This document shows positions 49,973 to 64,000 of a DNA stretch of 64,000 nucleotides, piece by piece. Under the pieces are notes generated by a model. That model searched no databases, was not told the origin of the DNA, and saw only the letters and a list, made by a program, of their open reading frames with translations. The stretch comes from Haliotis cracherodii (lineage: Eukaryota): NCBI RefSeq assembly GCF_022045235.1, contig NW_027266272.1, positions 30,318,001 to 30,382,000 of the forward strand, written 5' to 3'. The translations under genes were made by a program, and so were the position numbers. Positions within the stretch are counted from its first letter, which is position 1, and every line of letters starts with the position of its first letter.

Positions 49973-52900
49973 CTTATATAAAATAAAACATGAGAGCCAG
50001 ACAGGATGGTATATACTTCAAGTGGGCTTATATGAAGTAAAACATGAGAACCAGACAGGATGGTGTATACTTCAAGTGGGCTTATATAAAGTAAAACATG
50101 AGAGCCAGACAGGATGGTATATACTTCAAGTGGGCTTATATGAAGTAAAACATGAGAGCCAGACAGGATGGTATATACTTCAAGTGGGCTTATATAAAGT
50201 AAAACATGAGAACCAGACAGGATGGTATATACTTCAAGTGGGCTTATATGAAGTAAAACATGAGAACCAGACAGGATGGTATATACTTCAAGTGGGCTTA
50301 TATGAAGTAAAACATGAGAACCAGACAGGATGGTATATACTTCAAGTGGGCTTATATAAAGTAAAACATGAGAACCAGACAGGATGGTGTATACTTCTAG
50401 TGGGCGTATATAAAGTAAAACATGAGAGCCAGACAGGATGGTGTATACTTCTAGTGGGCGTATATAAAGTAAAACATGAGAACCAGACAGGATGGTATAT
50501 ACTTCTAGTGGGCATATATGAAGTAAAACATGAGAACCAGACAGGATGGTGTATACTTCTAGTGGGCGTATATGAAGTAAAACATGAGAACCAGACAGGA
50601 TGGTGTATACTTCAAGTGGGCATATATGAAGTAAAACATGAGAACCAGACAGGATGGTATATACTTCTAGTGGGCGTATATGAAGTAAAACATGAGAACC
50701 AGACAGGATGGTGTATACTTCTAGTGGGCATATATGAAGTAAAACATGAGAACCAGACAGGATGGTGTATACTTCTAGTGGGCATATATGAAGTAAAACA
50801 TGAGAGCCAGACAGGATGGTGTATACTTCTAGTGGGCATATATGAAGTAAAACAAGAGAGTCAGACAGGATGGTGTATACTTCTAGTGGGCGTATATAAA
50901 GTAAAACATGAGAACCAGACAGGATGGTATATACTTCTAGTGGGCGTATATGAAGTAAAACATGAGAACCAGACAGGATGGTATGTACTTCTAGTGGGCG
51001 TATATGAAGTAAAACAAGAGAGTCAGACAGGATGGTGTATACTTCTAGTGGGCATATATGAAGTAAAACATGAGAACCAGACAGGATGGTGTATACTTCT
51101 AGTGGGCATATATGAAGTAAAACATGAGAACCAGACAGGATGGTGTATACTTCTAGTGGGCATATATGAAGTAAAACATGAGAGCCAGACAGGATGGTGT
51201 ATACTTCTAGTGGGCGTATATGAAGTAAAACATGAGAACCAGACAGGATGGTATATACTTCTAGTGGGCGTATATGAAGTAAAACATGAGAACCAGACAG
51301 GATGGTATATACTTCTAGTGGGCGTATATAAAGTAAAACATGAGAACCAGACAGGATGGTGTATACTTCTAGTGGGCGTATATAAAGTAAAACAAGAGAG
51401 CCAGACAGGATGGTGTATACTTCAAGTGGGCGTATATAAAGTAAAACAAGAGAACCAGACAGGATGGTATATACTTCAAGTGGGCGTATATAAAGTAAAA
51501 CAAGAGAACCAGACAGGATGGTATATACTTCTAGTGGGCATATATGAAGTAAAACATGAGAACCAGACAGGATGGTGTATACTTCTAGTGGGCGTATATA
51601 AAGTAAAACAAGAGAACCAGACAGGATGGTATATACTTCTAGTGGGCATATATGAAGTAAAACAAGAGAACCAGACAGGATGGTATATACTTCTAGTGGG
51701 CATATATGAAGTAAAACAAGAGAGCCAGACAGGATGGTGTATACTTCTAGTGGGCGTATATAAAGTAAAACATGAGAACCAGACAGGATGGTATATACTT
51801 CAAGTGGGCTTATATGAAGTAAAACATGAGAACCAGACAGGATGGTATATACTTCAAGTGGGCTTATATGAAGTAAAACATGAGAGCCAGACAGGATGGT
51901 ATATACTTCAAGTGGGCTTATATAAAGTAAAACATGAGAACCAGACAGGATGGTATATACTTCAAGTGGGCTTATATGAAGTAAAACATGAGAACCAGAC
52001 AGGATGGTATATACTTCAAGTGGGCTTATATGAAGTAAAACATGAGAGCCAGACAGGATGGTATATACTTCAAGTGGGCTTATATAAAGTAAAACATGAG
52101 AACCAGACAGGATGGTATATACTTCAAGTGGGCTTATATAAAGTAAAACATGAGAACCAGACAGGATGGTGTATACTTCTAGTGGGCGTATATAAAGTAA
52201 AACATGAGAGCCAGACAGGATGGTGTATACTTCTAGTGGGCGTATATAAAGTAAAACATGAGAACCAGACAGGATGGTATATACTTCTAGTGGGCGTATA
52301 TGAAGTAAAACATGAGAACCAGACAGGATGGTGTATACTTCTAGTGGGCGTATATGAAGTAAAACATGAGAACCAGACAGGATGGTGTATACTTCAAGTG
52401 GGCATATATGAAGTAAAACATGAGAACCAGACAGGATGGTATATACTTCTAGTGGGCGTATATGAAGTAAAACATGAGAACCAGACAGGATGGTGTATAC
52501 TTCTAGTGGGCATATATGAAGTAAAACATGAGAACCAGACAGGATGGTGTATACTTCTAGTGGGCATATATGAAGTAAAACATGAGAGCCAGACAGGATG
52601 GTGTATACTTCTAGTGGGCATATATGAAGTAAAACAAGAGAGTCAGACAGGATGGTGTATACTTCTAGTGGGCGTATATAAAGTAAAACATGAGAACCAG
52701 ACAGGATGGTATATACTTCTAGTGGGCGTATATGAAGTAAAACAGGAGAACCAGACAGGATGGTATGTACTTCTAGTGGGCGTATATGAAGTAAAACAAG
52801 AGAGTCAGACAGGATGGTGTATACTTCTAGTGGGCATATATGAAGTAAAACATGAGAACCAGACAGGATGGTGTATACTTCTAGTGGGCATATATGAAGT

Positions 52901-53885
52901 AAAACATGAGAACCAGACAGGATGGTGTATACTTCTAGTGGGCATATATGAAGTAAAACATGAGAGCCAGACAGGATGGTGTATACTTCTAGTGGGCGTA
53001 TATGAAGTAAAACATGAGAACCAGACAGGATGGTATATACTTCTAGTGGGCGTATATGAAGTAAAACATGAGAACCAGACAGGATGGTATATACTTCTAG
53101 TGGGCGTATATAAAGTAAAACATGAGAACCAGACAGGATGGTGTATACTTCTAGTGGGCGTATATAAAGTAAAACAAGAGAGCCAGACAGGATGGTGTAT
53201 ACTTCAAGTGGGCGTATATAAAGTAAAACAAGAGAACCAGACAGGATGGTATATACTTCAAGTGGGCGTATATAAAGTAAAACAAGAGAACCAGACAGGA
53301 TGGTATATACTTCTAGTGGGCATATATGAAGTAAAACATGAGAACCAGACAGGATGGTGTATACTTCTAGTGGGCGTATATAAAGTAAAACAAGAGAACC
53401 AGACAGGATGGTATATACTTCTAGTGGGCATATATGAAGTAAAACAAGAGAACCAGACAGGATGGTATATACTTCTAGTGGGCATATATGAAGTAAAACA
53501 AGAGAGCCAGACAGGATGGTGTATACTTCTAGTGGGCGTATATAAAGTAAAACAAGAGAACCAGACAGGATGGTATATACTTCTAGTGGGCATATATGAA
53601 GTAAAACATGAGAACCAGACAGGATGGTGTATACTTCTAGTGGGCTTATATGAAGTAAAACATGAGAACCAGACAGGATGGTGTATACTTCTAGTGGGCG
53701 TATATAAAGTAAAACAAGAGAGTCAGACAGGATGGTATATACTTCTAGTGGGCGTATATAAAGTAAAACATGAGAGCCAGACAGGATGGTGTATACTTCT
53801 AGTGGGCGTATATGAAGTAAAACAAGAGAGCCAGACAGGATGGTATGTACTTCAAGTGGGCTCATATAAAGTAAAACATGAGAGC
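49973..53885. repeat. Minisatellite, 54-bp unit, ~72 copies, with 1782-bp (33-mer) higher-order duplication
   Basis: Unit ACATGAGAACCAGACAGGATGGTATATACTTCTAGTGGGCGTATATGAAGTAAA. Identical variant strings are offset by 1782 bp (50612 vs 52394; 51476 vs 53258). Confidence 0.97.
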
Positions 53886-54509
53886 TAGATGGGACAGTAT
53901 TATATAAGGAAAAACATGGAAGCATGACAGGACACCAACTAGTTCCAGTGGGCTTATACATGGTAAACAGAAGGTTCAGATAGGACAGTATACACACTTC
54001 AATTTGCCATCAATACAATTTGGTCTGGCGGACCAGAACACTTGAAGTAGAATGTACAAAGGTCATTGTATTGAGTCATTTCTAGATTTCACCAAACACT
54101 ACACATGCATAATCCAGAGGTTACACTGAACCTACACTGTGACTCACAGATTTCAGATGGTTGTTTGAAATATGTTACTCATGCTGGATGAGATCAATCT
54201 GAGACATGCTCTCCGGTGAAAAGTACTGATCAAAGGGTATGGTATCTTTATCTGTTAGGCTCCCTGGAACGGTACTTCAAGTTCATCATTATCAAGAGAT
54301 AACATGTCAACATCCATAGGGCAAGTAGGTATGCACTTAATTGTCCGGCCAAAATGATAAAAACTTCATAACCAAGTGATAGAGCATTTTTGACTGGAGT
54401 CTTTTCATTGTCAACACATATCAAGGATTTTGTTCATCATCTCGAAACAACAAATAGTGTGGTATGAACCCTTGTACAACAATTGGCACCCTACTATCAC
54501 TACATGCAC

Positions 54510-55650
54510 TTCTAGACTCTCTTACAAGTGACACACCCCTTCTAGTATCTGTACAAGTGACACACCCCTTCTAGGTAGATGTGACACACCTCTTCTAGGC
54601 TCTGTAAAAGTGACACACCCCTTCTTGGCTCTGTACATGTGACACACCCCTTCTAGTATCTGTACAAGTGACACACCCCTTCTAGTATCTGTACAAGTGA
54701 CACACCCCTTCTAAGCTTTGTACATGTGACACACCCCTTCTTGGCTGTGTAGATGTGACACCCCCTTTTAGGTTCTGTAGATATGACATACCCTTTCTAG
54801 GTTCTGTACAAGCGACACACCCCTTCTAGGCTCTGTACAAGCGACAAACCCCTTCTAGGCTCTGTACAAGTGACACACCCCTTCTAGGCTCTGTACAAGC
54901 GACACACCCCTTCTAGGCTCTGTACAAGTGACACCCTTTCTAGGCTATGTACAAGTGACACCCCCTTTTAGGTTCTGTAGATGTGACACCCCCTTTCTAG
55001 GTTCTGTACAAGTGACACACCCCTTCTAGGCTCTGTACAAGTGACACACCCCTTCTAGGCTAGGTACAAGTGACACACCCTTTCTAGGCTAGCTACAAGT
55101 GACACCCCTTTTAGGTTCTGTAGATGTGACACACCCCTTCTAGGCTCTGTAAATGTGACACCCCCCTTCTAGGTTCTGAAGATGTGACACAACCCTTCTA
55201 GACCCTGTAGCTGTGACACACCCCTTCTAGGCTCTGTAAATGTGACACCCCCCTTCTAGGTTCTGAAGATGTGACACAACCCTTCTAGACCCTGTAGCTG
55301 TGACACCCCCTTTCTAGGTTCTGAAGATGTGACACACCCCTTTCTAGGTTCTTAAGATGTGACATACCCATTCTAGACTCTGTAAATGTGACACGCCCCT
55401 TCTAGGTTCTGAAGATATGACACACTCCTTCTAGACCCTGTAGCTGTGACACCCCCTTTCTAGGTTCTGAAGATGTGACACACCCATTCTAGATTCTGTA
55501 GATGTGACACCCCCTTCTAGGTTCTGAAGATGTGACACACACCTTTCTAGGTTCTTAAGATGTGACACACCCATTCTAGATTCTGTAGATGTGACACACC
55601 CCTTTCTAGGTTCTGAAGATGTGACACACCCCTTCTCGATTCTGTAGATG
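54510..55650. repeat. Minisatellite, ~29-bp unit, ~39 copies
   Basis: Unit TGACACACCCCTTCTAGGCTCTGTACAAG, drifting to ...TTCTGAAGATG toward the 3' end. Confidence 0.95.
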
Positions 55651-57399
55651 TAGACCGTACAAATGACACACTTTAACATATGTCCATCAATATATCTACA
55701 TCAAACAGATGCAAATTGTCTCCCTGATTAAATAAATCTACAAATACATTTGACAGCTGCTGCTTTCAAACTTGACCATTTATTCCATACCTCTTACATA
55801 AATCAGTCAACAGTGTTTAAGAACACTCTTCCATCCAAACACAATTGCATCTCAATTTACATCAGTAAAATAACCTCATTCACTATATTTCCATTGAACC
55901 TCAAATCCAGACTTGGTATTTAAATTGAAATCAGGGGCACAAGCCGTTAAAATCAATAAGACGACACAAATCCACAGCTTGAAGTTGGTTATTGACAAAT
56001 TCCATTTCCAGGCAAATTCAAAAGTAACAAATTCATTAATATAACACGACACTATACAAGAAACAAACACGGCCACCTACCACAATCTGGAGCAAGACCT
56101 CTGATGATCCTAGGTTAAGGAAATCCCCTCCAGTGTCTGGTTATATTTCCCACAGAAAATATCACACCAGTGCCTGTCAACAGAAGGATGAATGTAAAAT
56201 ATGAAATTGCATTCAACAGCTTTTAAAATGTCCAGGGTGTTGGTTCCCTTTAGACAAAGACATATACATGCAGGGTACTGCAGGCTATTTATAAAACAAT
56301 ACAGTAAAGCGGAAATTACCAAGCACCCATGAAGATTTATTGTCACAGAAATCAATAAGAAACATATAAATTTCAAGAAACTTGGCTTGGCAAAGCTGTG
56401 ATTTGGCCCTGATTTGTTTTGGTACAAAGAGAGTAATTTGTTATCAGCAATAGGAACAGTGGCTCACAAAGCAATGGAAAATGGAAAAGAATTTAAATCT
56501 ATTGGTTTAAATCGTGAAATATTTGTCAGTTACAGCCATGCGAAGTGGAAATTTAGTTTTGGAAGAACATTTCAAACAAGTTGAAAACAAAACATTGAAA
56601 GTTTGAAATGCAAATTCTAGCTGACAGAGCATCATACCTTTATAACTCTCATAATTATTCATATTTCATATTCATATTCTAAAAAACAATCATTTTCCTA
56701 AATAATGCAGCAATCCATTTCATGTTGAAAACACTCGCATCAAACCGAAACTAGTTTAACACGACCAAATGTCTTTGTCATCAGGAAATCCCACAAACAT
56801 GGACTTGCTATCACATTTCATATTTTCTTTAACATATTTCTTGAAATATCAAACATCTATAATTAAACACGTTTCGAAATCGGGGGAATGTGCCACACCC
56901 TCTCTGCAGCAGAGGTTCACACTAAGATGAATACCAATCTGTCAGTAAGTGCAAGGACTTGCAAGAATATCATGTAGAGAGGTCTTTGGTGCATGCAAAC
57001 AAACTATGTGAGTGATGATAATTTCTTGCGTATTAGGTGATGTTTGCCACATCCCAAGGAGCAGTGTTCCACGTGGGTGCTGCTGTCTCCTGCAGCTGTA
57101 CATGTGACGTCCATACGCTGCACTGTACCACACTGTCACTACCAATTACTAATGGTATTTGCTTAGACTGATTTGAAGCCAAGAAGCATGACCACACTGC
57201 CATCAATTATTGCTGTAATTAGGATGATGGGAAGAACTTGACAGTCATTATGTTTATTACGCAGGTGCAAGGCCTACTGACACACACCCTTACAATAGTA
57301 TGGACCATAAAGCAGTGTTTTTACGGAATTAATAATTAAAACTTTCTTTCTGCAACATTATGACATATACATTAAGGAAACTGACTTCAGTTTCTGTGG

Positions 57400-57897
57400 T
57401 GAGTGAGTTGCTATGGTTTTACTGTGCTTTTTCCACTATTCCAGCATACCACGGTGGTGGAGTGTCCAGAAAGGGCTTCACACATTGTACCATGCTCCAG
57501 ATGAGGTCAGTAAAACAATTCCAAGTTGGGGGCACGCCACTATATTTCAGCATTATCACGGCAAGGGACAGCAGAGATTTCTTTCTCACACATTACCCAT
57601 GCAGGGAATCAAACTTGACTTTTACCACTAGGCCATGCCACTGTTACAGAAAAATTTGGAAAGTCAGTTGTGGAGGTCATCTCAATGCTGCCACACAATG
57701 CATAAAGGTAGTGTCTTTCCTTTCTACCCACTTGGGTGAATGGACAAAACTAAGCTGTGCTTCACAACAGTTTTAGTATATTCCTGCCATATTACATTTG
57801 GGATACCAAATTTGGTCTTCAAACATTGTACCATTGTCGGGAATCAAACCCACATATTTCGGATGACAAGCCAAGGCATGAACCACCATGCTACCCT
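57400..57897 (-). mobile_element. Cluster of three degraded family A SINE fragments
   Basis: GGGCTTCACACATTGTACC, ACACATTACCCATGCAGGGAATCAAAC, CATTGTACCATTGTCGGGAATCAAACCC. Confidence 0.65.
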
Positions 57898-60812
57898 AAC
57901 CAACAAGGCCACTCTTAAAGCATGACTGCATCGGTGTGTCGCCATACCCACACATAACAGACTTACAGCAATGGCTTGTGTCCCTCATTCCCTTGAAACA
58001 TCCAATTGTTACATCAGCATTTGTTCTCATAAACTGTATCAAACTTGAAAAGTACTTATTATTCATATCTACATGAAGAAGCATTATTGCAAGGTATTTA
58101 TGAAATCTGATCCTAAAGATGTCTGATGGTCTATCATATGAATGAAAGGTTCAATCATCACAATTTGAACTGAAGCAGAATGGCCATATTAAAGATTTTT
58201 TCCCCATTTGGGCAGAATATGGGCAATCTGGATCCCCTGTACAAGCCTGCAAATTAGTGGGCAAAATAGCAGACCTCTAATTAGTGATAACATACTGGCG
58301 AATTAGCCATGATGGCGTCGACTGGTCACAGCTGGATATAAACCACTATCTTCTGACGTCTGTGGAACAACATCGTTAACGGCTGAATTATGACCCACAT
58401 AATTTTGATCAACTAAACTTCTATGAAATGTTTTGTTTGCTTTTTTATACTGCAGTTAGCAGTACTCAAGTCACATGACAGCCTCTAGTAAATAATAGAG
58501 CCCGGGCCAGACAAGCAGGTGGTTGATATTATGAGCATCACACAATGTCTGAGCCTCACAAGGAGTAGAGTGCTGGGGACCTATTCCAACCATATGCGTG
58601 AAAATACAGTGTTAGTTTACACAGGTGAGGGAGACTGCAGTCTGGTATAAGGGAGGGTGATATATTCTAATTGCATTGTCGGAGTTATATGATCATGACT
58701 GAGAATCATCCCCATTAACCATCAACTTAACTGTTGCTTAAAGTGCTGTCGGAAATGCTAGAAAAATCTACCAACTTAAGCCTCATAATTCTCAGCGACA
58801 TTCTGGCCTTAAAAGGAACTTTTACAGGTAAGATGATGATAAACATAGAAATTATTCCTGCATGTATGCAACAGCCTATAGCCTGAGGTAATGACCTCAC
58901 ACAAGCCATGCATACCCGAGTTGAGGTGGTCTCAACATATTTCTGTTATTGTACTTTCCGTACAGTTCGGTAATACACCCTAATTAAACTAATAAATGGT
59001 CTCTCTCTGTCTCTGTGAAGTGTAAAGAACTTGAATATATTTCCTCCTACAGGCCCCATGTCGAGTACCATGGTTTATTTCAGCGTTAGAAATTGGTACT
59101 AGTCCTAAAGTCCTTACCAAACTGCCCAATAGTAAAGGTATCCTAAGGACTAGTAGAAATTGGCCCATTTTAAGGGTTTTGCTATATGTTATCATTATAA
59201 GGACTAGTGGACAAAAGCTGTTAGTTTCTAACCCTGTTTAATGGCTAGGCAAGTATAATGCAGCATTCATCATGGGAGCACTACTGACACTAAAAATGCA
59301 GCGTAATTTGGATATTTTATAAGATGCACATATAGAATTTTCTCCAAATGACTTGTCCTTTTGTGGATTAGATGTTTTATGGTTATTATTAAACGGAGTA
59401 ACATGGGCATATTTCTATAGTACGTTTCCAAACTTCCCTGTCTTTGGACTTGTTGTTTTATTCAAATTTTCCTCCTGTAAAATTGTCGATAGGACTCCTT
59501 GTGACTTGAATACTTCAAACGACAGGTAGGTAGATCGGTAGGTACTTGATATTTCAAAAGCAAAAGTGTGTGAGTAATTCTATCCATTTTGAATGGGCAA
59601 AACGCATTTTGCTAACATTTCTGTCAGTACTTTAATTGTATATTTCAGTTACATGAAGGCATGTCAGGTTAATGTGATAAGAAGTGTGATGTACGTTTAC
59701 AACTCTGGCAAAGCCTACAAGCACAGGTCATGGTGCTCTCAAACACAGAATAATGATCACGGTGATAAGGGACTCAAACTCCATGGTAAAGTGGATAAGG
59801 GATTATTTGATCATCAGTATGAAAATAAATATTTTGATTATCTCAATGAAGCACTGAAATACTTAAAAACTCTTAACCATGGTTGGATATTCTTTGAATC
59901 AAAGTACCAATGGCATGGTTAAAGTAAGTTCCTGTGACCTAAGCACACACTAAGAAATCACATTTTTTAAAATAGTTCCTTGTAATGATGTGTATTATTT
60001 TAAGCCAACGAGAAATGTACTTCTCACAAGCAAACTGGACAGACACATGTGAACATGCTCAATGGACAGGTTTTTAAATGTTTCTTTGAATATAGTATTC
60101 TTGTTGGCTCAATTCAATTCCAAAGCTCATACATGAACGTCTTTATCAGTGCCAAGTGACACACTTACAAAACAGCATATTTCTACCCATGCAGACTCAA
60201 GCACATCATAGAAATTTTAGGATAGATGTATTGCACAAGAAACAAAACTTTGTATTATTCTTTGACTATATATACACAACACACTTCCTATCAGCACAGA
60301 AAAAGTCGATTTCATGACATTGAGGAACAGCATTTTCAAATGTCTTCTCTCTTCTGAAGAATAATTAATAAACAAAAACAGTTCAACTCTGACTGTGACA
60401 TTTAAAGTAATTAAACACAAATAAGGAAATATATGCCTACAAGTATGTGCAGGCTTGTGTTCTCTCCAAGGACTTTGGTCAAGGATGCTGAATAGGTTTG
60501 AAAGTGTGTTATCACATAGCTGTGTGTTGCTGCAGAGGCAGATACACCAACAGCCTACATGTGTCACACTATCACACTCAGCTGTGGCAACCATCATCAA
60601 TATTTCATAAATCATTCCTCACTCCAAAATAATCAACTTAATTATGTACAAGTGCACTTGATATCACAGCTAATGAGGAACCAGCCCAGCTGATTATCTT
60701 TGCGATAAAATTTTAAGGTTTTATTACATGAAATACATGTCTGACAATCAGGAACCATCGAAGATGGAATGTAACGTACAAGGTTCAGGAGTGTTTGATG
60801 AAGGCTTAGTCA

Positions 60813-60848
60813 AGTGAGTGAGTGAGTGAGTGAGTGAGTGAGTGAGTG
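60813..60848. repeat. (GAGT)n microsatellite, probably a SINE tail
   Basis: AGTGAGTG... run followed by CAGCAATATT. Confidence 0.85.
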
Positions 60849-61540
60849 TAATACTGTTGTCAGCAATATTACGGGTACGTTACTCTCAATCAATTACCAG
60901 ATTGCCTGGTCCAGACTCAATTATTTACTGCTACCATAGCTGGATAATTGGAGTCCTGTGTAAAACAACGGACACAGGCATGTGACAAAAATGTCAAACA
61001 AAACATAGCCAATACAAAACCTACCAACACTATATTTACAAAGAAATCCACAAAAACTGACAGGTCTAACTTAACATTTATATCATTTCAAGCACTAACC
61101 AGAGTGGTAGTGCAAAGATAGGATATCAGTAGTGAATGGACAGTGCATGGATACCACATGACAAGTGACAAGTCTGATTGGTCAAGTAGCACTTGTGAAA
61201 ACTATTTTCATAATTTCCACATTTTTTATAAAAAAACATTGCAATTCCAGTCAATCTATGTTTTCACAACATGCATGGTCACTTCCTGCCTGGAATGAAT
61301 GTATTCTGTGTATATGAACACTTACATTTGATAATCCACTGTGTAAGATAACAGTGAATAACCAATGAATGTATTATCAGTTAATCCTTAGATCACTGTC
61401 CTTTGCAACTTAACTGATCCTTCATCTCTAGCTGTGCTGCCACATGCATATTACATCACACCTCATCAGACATGTATGTAAAATCCAATATAAGATTGAA
61501 TAAATTTCCCAAACACAAGCCATGGGAAACAACTCTGTCT

Positions 61541-61591
61541 CAATTTAAGTCAAACCTGAAGACATACCTCTTCACAATGTGTTATGAATGA
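61541..61591 (+). mobile_element. 3' end remnant of a CR1/L2-group LINE ORF2
   Basis: Translates QFKSNLKTYLFTMCYE*, the FKxxLKTxLF terminal motif typical of L2-type ORF2. Confidence 0.55.
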
Positions 61592-63657
61592 TGTTGGTCT
61601 TTGGTAATTTGAAGGACAGAGTGGTGCTACAATGTAGAAATTACACCGGTAAAAAAGCGTCAAGTGAATATTGACAAATTCACAGGTGTTGGGTAATCAT
61701 TCCGTGAAGCATGGATGAAAAGGGTGTAGTGATTGTTGTATAATATGCCATTAAGTTTCCTGAAAAATGTCTTATCAGGGAAAGAACTGGTTATGTATAG
61801 TTGACAGTGAAGAGGACTTCTGACTCTTAAGTGTGATAACAGCCAATATACAGGATTATGGCACAGAATTATGTGATATTTCTGTTTTGAGCATATAAAC
61901 CGAACTTCATTGCTGCAAAACTATTTCCCACATTTGCTGTATACTAAGGAGCACATAATGGAACATATACATATAGTTTAATGGTTGGCTTGTATTCAGT
62001 TTGCATAGTTGATTGTGTATGAAACCACGCAATAGAAAAATGGAGTTACATTTTATGACATTCAAATGTTTATTTTCAATATAATACTTACAGGTCTACT
62101 GACACAACAGATAGATGTAAGTATCAATCTATGACATACAGAAATGGGATCTAAATCAATTTTAGTCAACTTATCATACACACAATCAGAAATCCAAACA
62201 AGCTTTCACCGCAGGGATACTTGTTTTAATCAAACTATATCCATCAGGGGATATTACAAAATAATGCATCCGATGAGCCTTGGACTGACATTTAGTCCAA
62301 GAAATAAAGTTGTCTGATTTAAAAATATATTTCCACAAAACACAAAATAGACTCCAAATGGAGCGCAGAACAATCCTTAATATCAGAGTAGTGAGGCACA
62401 CTTGCCAAATCATTGTCAACTTAAGTTCAACTCCTTTTTTAATTTATTCTCCAGGGTCTCCAAGACAGAGTAGATGAGCCTCCACCATCCTTTTTATCTG
62501 TTTATGTTGATGAAATTATTTAACATGCATCCTTTGCTTGCCATATCAAAATCTATCTTCATAGATCATGTGTAACCAATCACTGTTCAACAATGCACAT
62601 AGATATTGCTTCAAAGTTTATTTCCACTGTTGTGAAAGAGCTAACCCAGCTGTCACTCATCACACTCAACACACTGGGCAGCTAATGGGCCCTAGCGGGA
62701 AGTACGTGACAGTATGCTAGAAGCCTGAGTTCAGTGCTTGTTAAAATATCATACAGTTTTTAAGCTTGGCTGTATACTTTTATTAGTATATTTGCAAACA
62801 TCAAAGGGGCCATGCAAGTTGATTAGATTGCTCAAAGAATATCTAAATAAATGGTAAAGGATAAAAATTCTTTACCCAGTTTATCAGTCTCAGCAACCAT
62901 TCATTCAAATCAGCACCAGCCAGCAACTTGCTGTTTTCAAAGCCAATGATATGAGGAAACGGTTAATCAGTTCCCCATTGTTAACTGGCTCGCTTTTGGC
63001 AAAACCCTGTTGCAGCCTTAATTCATACTCCACTACATACCTGCGATCATGAAATGCTTTCATAAGTTCAAGTTGTCCCAAAGTAAAACTCCCGTACCTG
63101 AAGCACCACTATATACATACAATCACTAAATGCTTTCATAAGCTCAAGTTGTTCCTATGTTCAAACTCACCTACTCTGAAGCAGGTAAACACAACAGCTT
63201 TATCTTCCATTTAAGCCATTATGGCCTGACAGAGCTCCTTACACTGCCATACCACACATGGCAATCAAACCAGATTTCCCACAATACAATGTACCAATCA
63301 CCAGTTCAAACACAAGTATCATGGCGTTGCCAGGTCGGAAATGTCAAAGGTGTTCAACACCCACTGAAATTCACACTTTTTGCCAAAGCCCCTTCAACAA
63401 ATACCACAATCGTACATTAACACTCAGCAAATTTCACAATTCCGGGTATGTTGTAAACATTGCTTGGTAGGTCAAGTTTACCTAGGTGCACAAAGGTGAA
63501 AGGTCGGGTGAGAGCAATTACCCAAGGTTGTCGGGGAATGTAGCACAACATTGACAAGCGAACATCACCTTAAGAGGCCCTGGAACATGTGGTTGATGGC
63601 TGAAACCACGCTGAAGAAGTGACACTGCTCGTAGTGATGGACTGTACAGGGAATCTA

Positions 63658-63991
63658 TTCATAATGACTGATTAGTCAAGAGCATGTGTCTGTGTTCATA
63701 TTGACTGATTAGTAAAGAGCATGTGTCTATGTTCATAATGACTGATTAGTAAAGAGCATGTGTCTGTGTTCATAATGACTGATTAGTAAAGAGCATGTGT
63801 CTGTGTTCATATTGACTGATTAGTAAAGAGCATGTGTCTGTGTTCATAATGACTGATTAGTAAAGAGCATGTGTCTGTTCATAATGACTGATTTGTAAAG
63901 AGCATGTGTCTGTGTTCATAATGACTGATTAGTAAAGAGCATGTGTATGTGTTCATAATGACTGATTAGTAAAGAGCATGTGTCTGTGTTC
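63658..63991. repeat. Minisatellite, 37-bp unit, ~9 copies
   Basis: Unit ATAATGACTGATTAGTAAAGAGCATGTGTCTGTGTTC. Confidence 0.96.
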
Positions 63992-64000
63992 GTACCTATT

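Noticed and set aside
49930-53997. 1355-aa and 1288-aa ORFs on opposite strands
   Set aside because: Translations of a 54-bp tandem repeat (18-aa period) with no unique domain or gene context; the edge monomer is interrupted by TEs.
56101-56128. CTGATGA...GGAAA hammerhead-like string
   Set aside because: Stem II, stem III and the NUH site cannot be formed consistently.

Overview
Repeat-rich eukaryotic genomic DNA. It is animal and probably a mollusc (abalone-like gastropod), inferred from its SINE content; the species cannot be confirmed from this window. There is one clear protein-coding gene: a ZC3H10 orthologue on the minus strand with an uninterrupted CDS (23782-25026, three CCCH zinc fingers plus a coiled coil), candidate 5' splice sites and uORFs. 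The rest is a dense mobile-element and tandem-repeat landscape. There are four short retroposon families: A (tRNA-Asp-like head), B (long tRNA-Leu-like head), C (no tRNA head, structured 5' module) and D (Meta-type SINE). A, B and C share one 3' tail. Also present are decayed Tc1 (DD34E) and pogo transposase pseudogenes, several non-autonomous TIR elements, a 109-bp insertion with a decayed hammerhead-like motif, about a dozen unrelated minisatellite arrays and one N gap. All long ORFs other than ZC3H10 are minisatellite artefacts. The most interesting candidate is the tRNA-less family C element: its fixed 5' end folds into a compact, probably pseudoknotted RNA with compensatory base changes between copies, so it may be a ribozyme or an internal promoter (untested).
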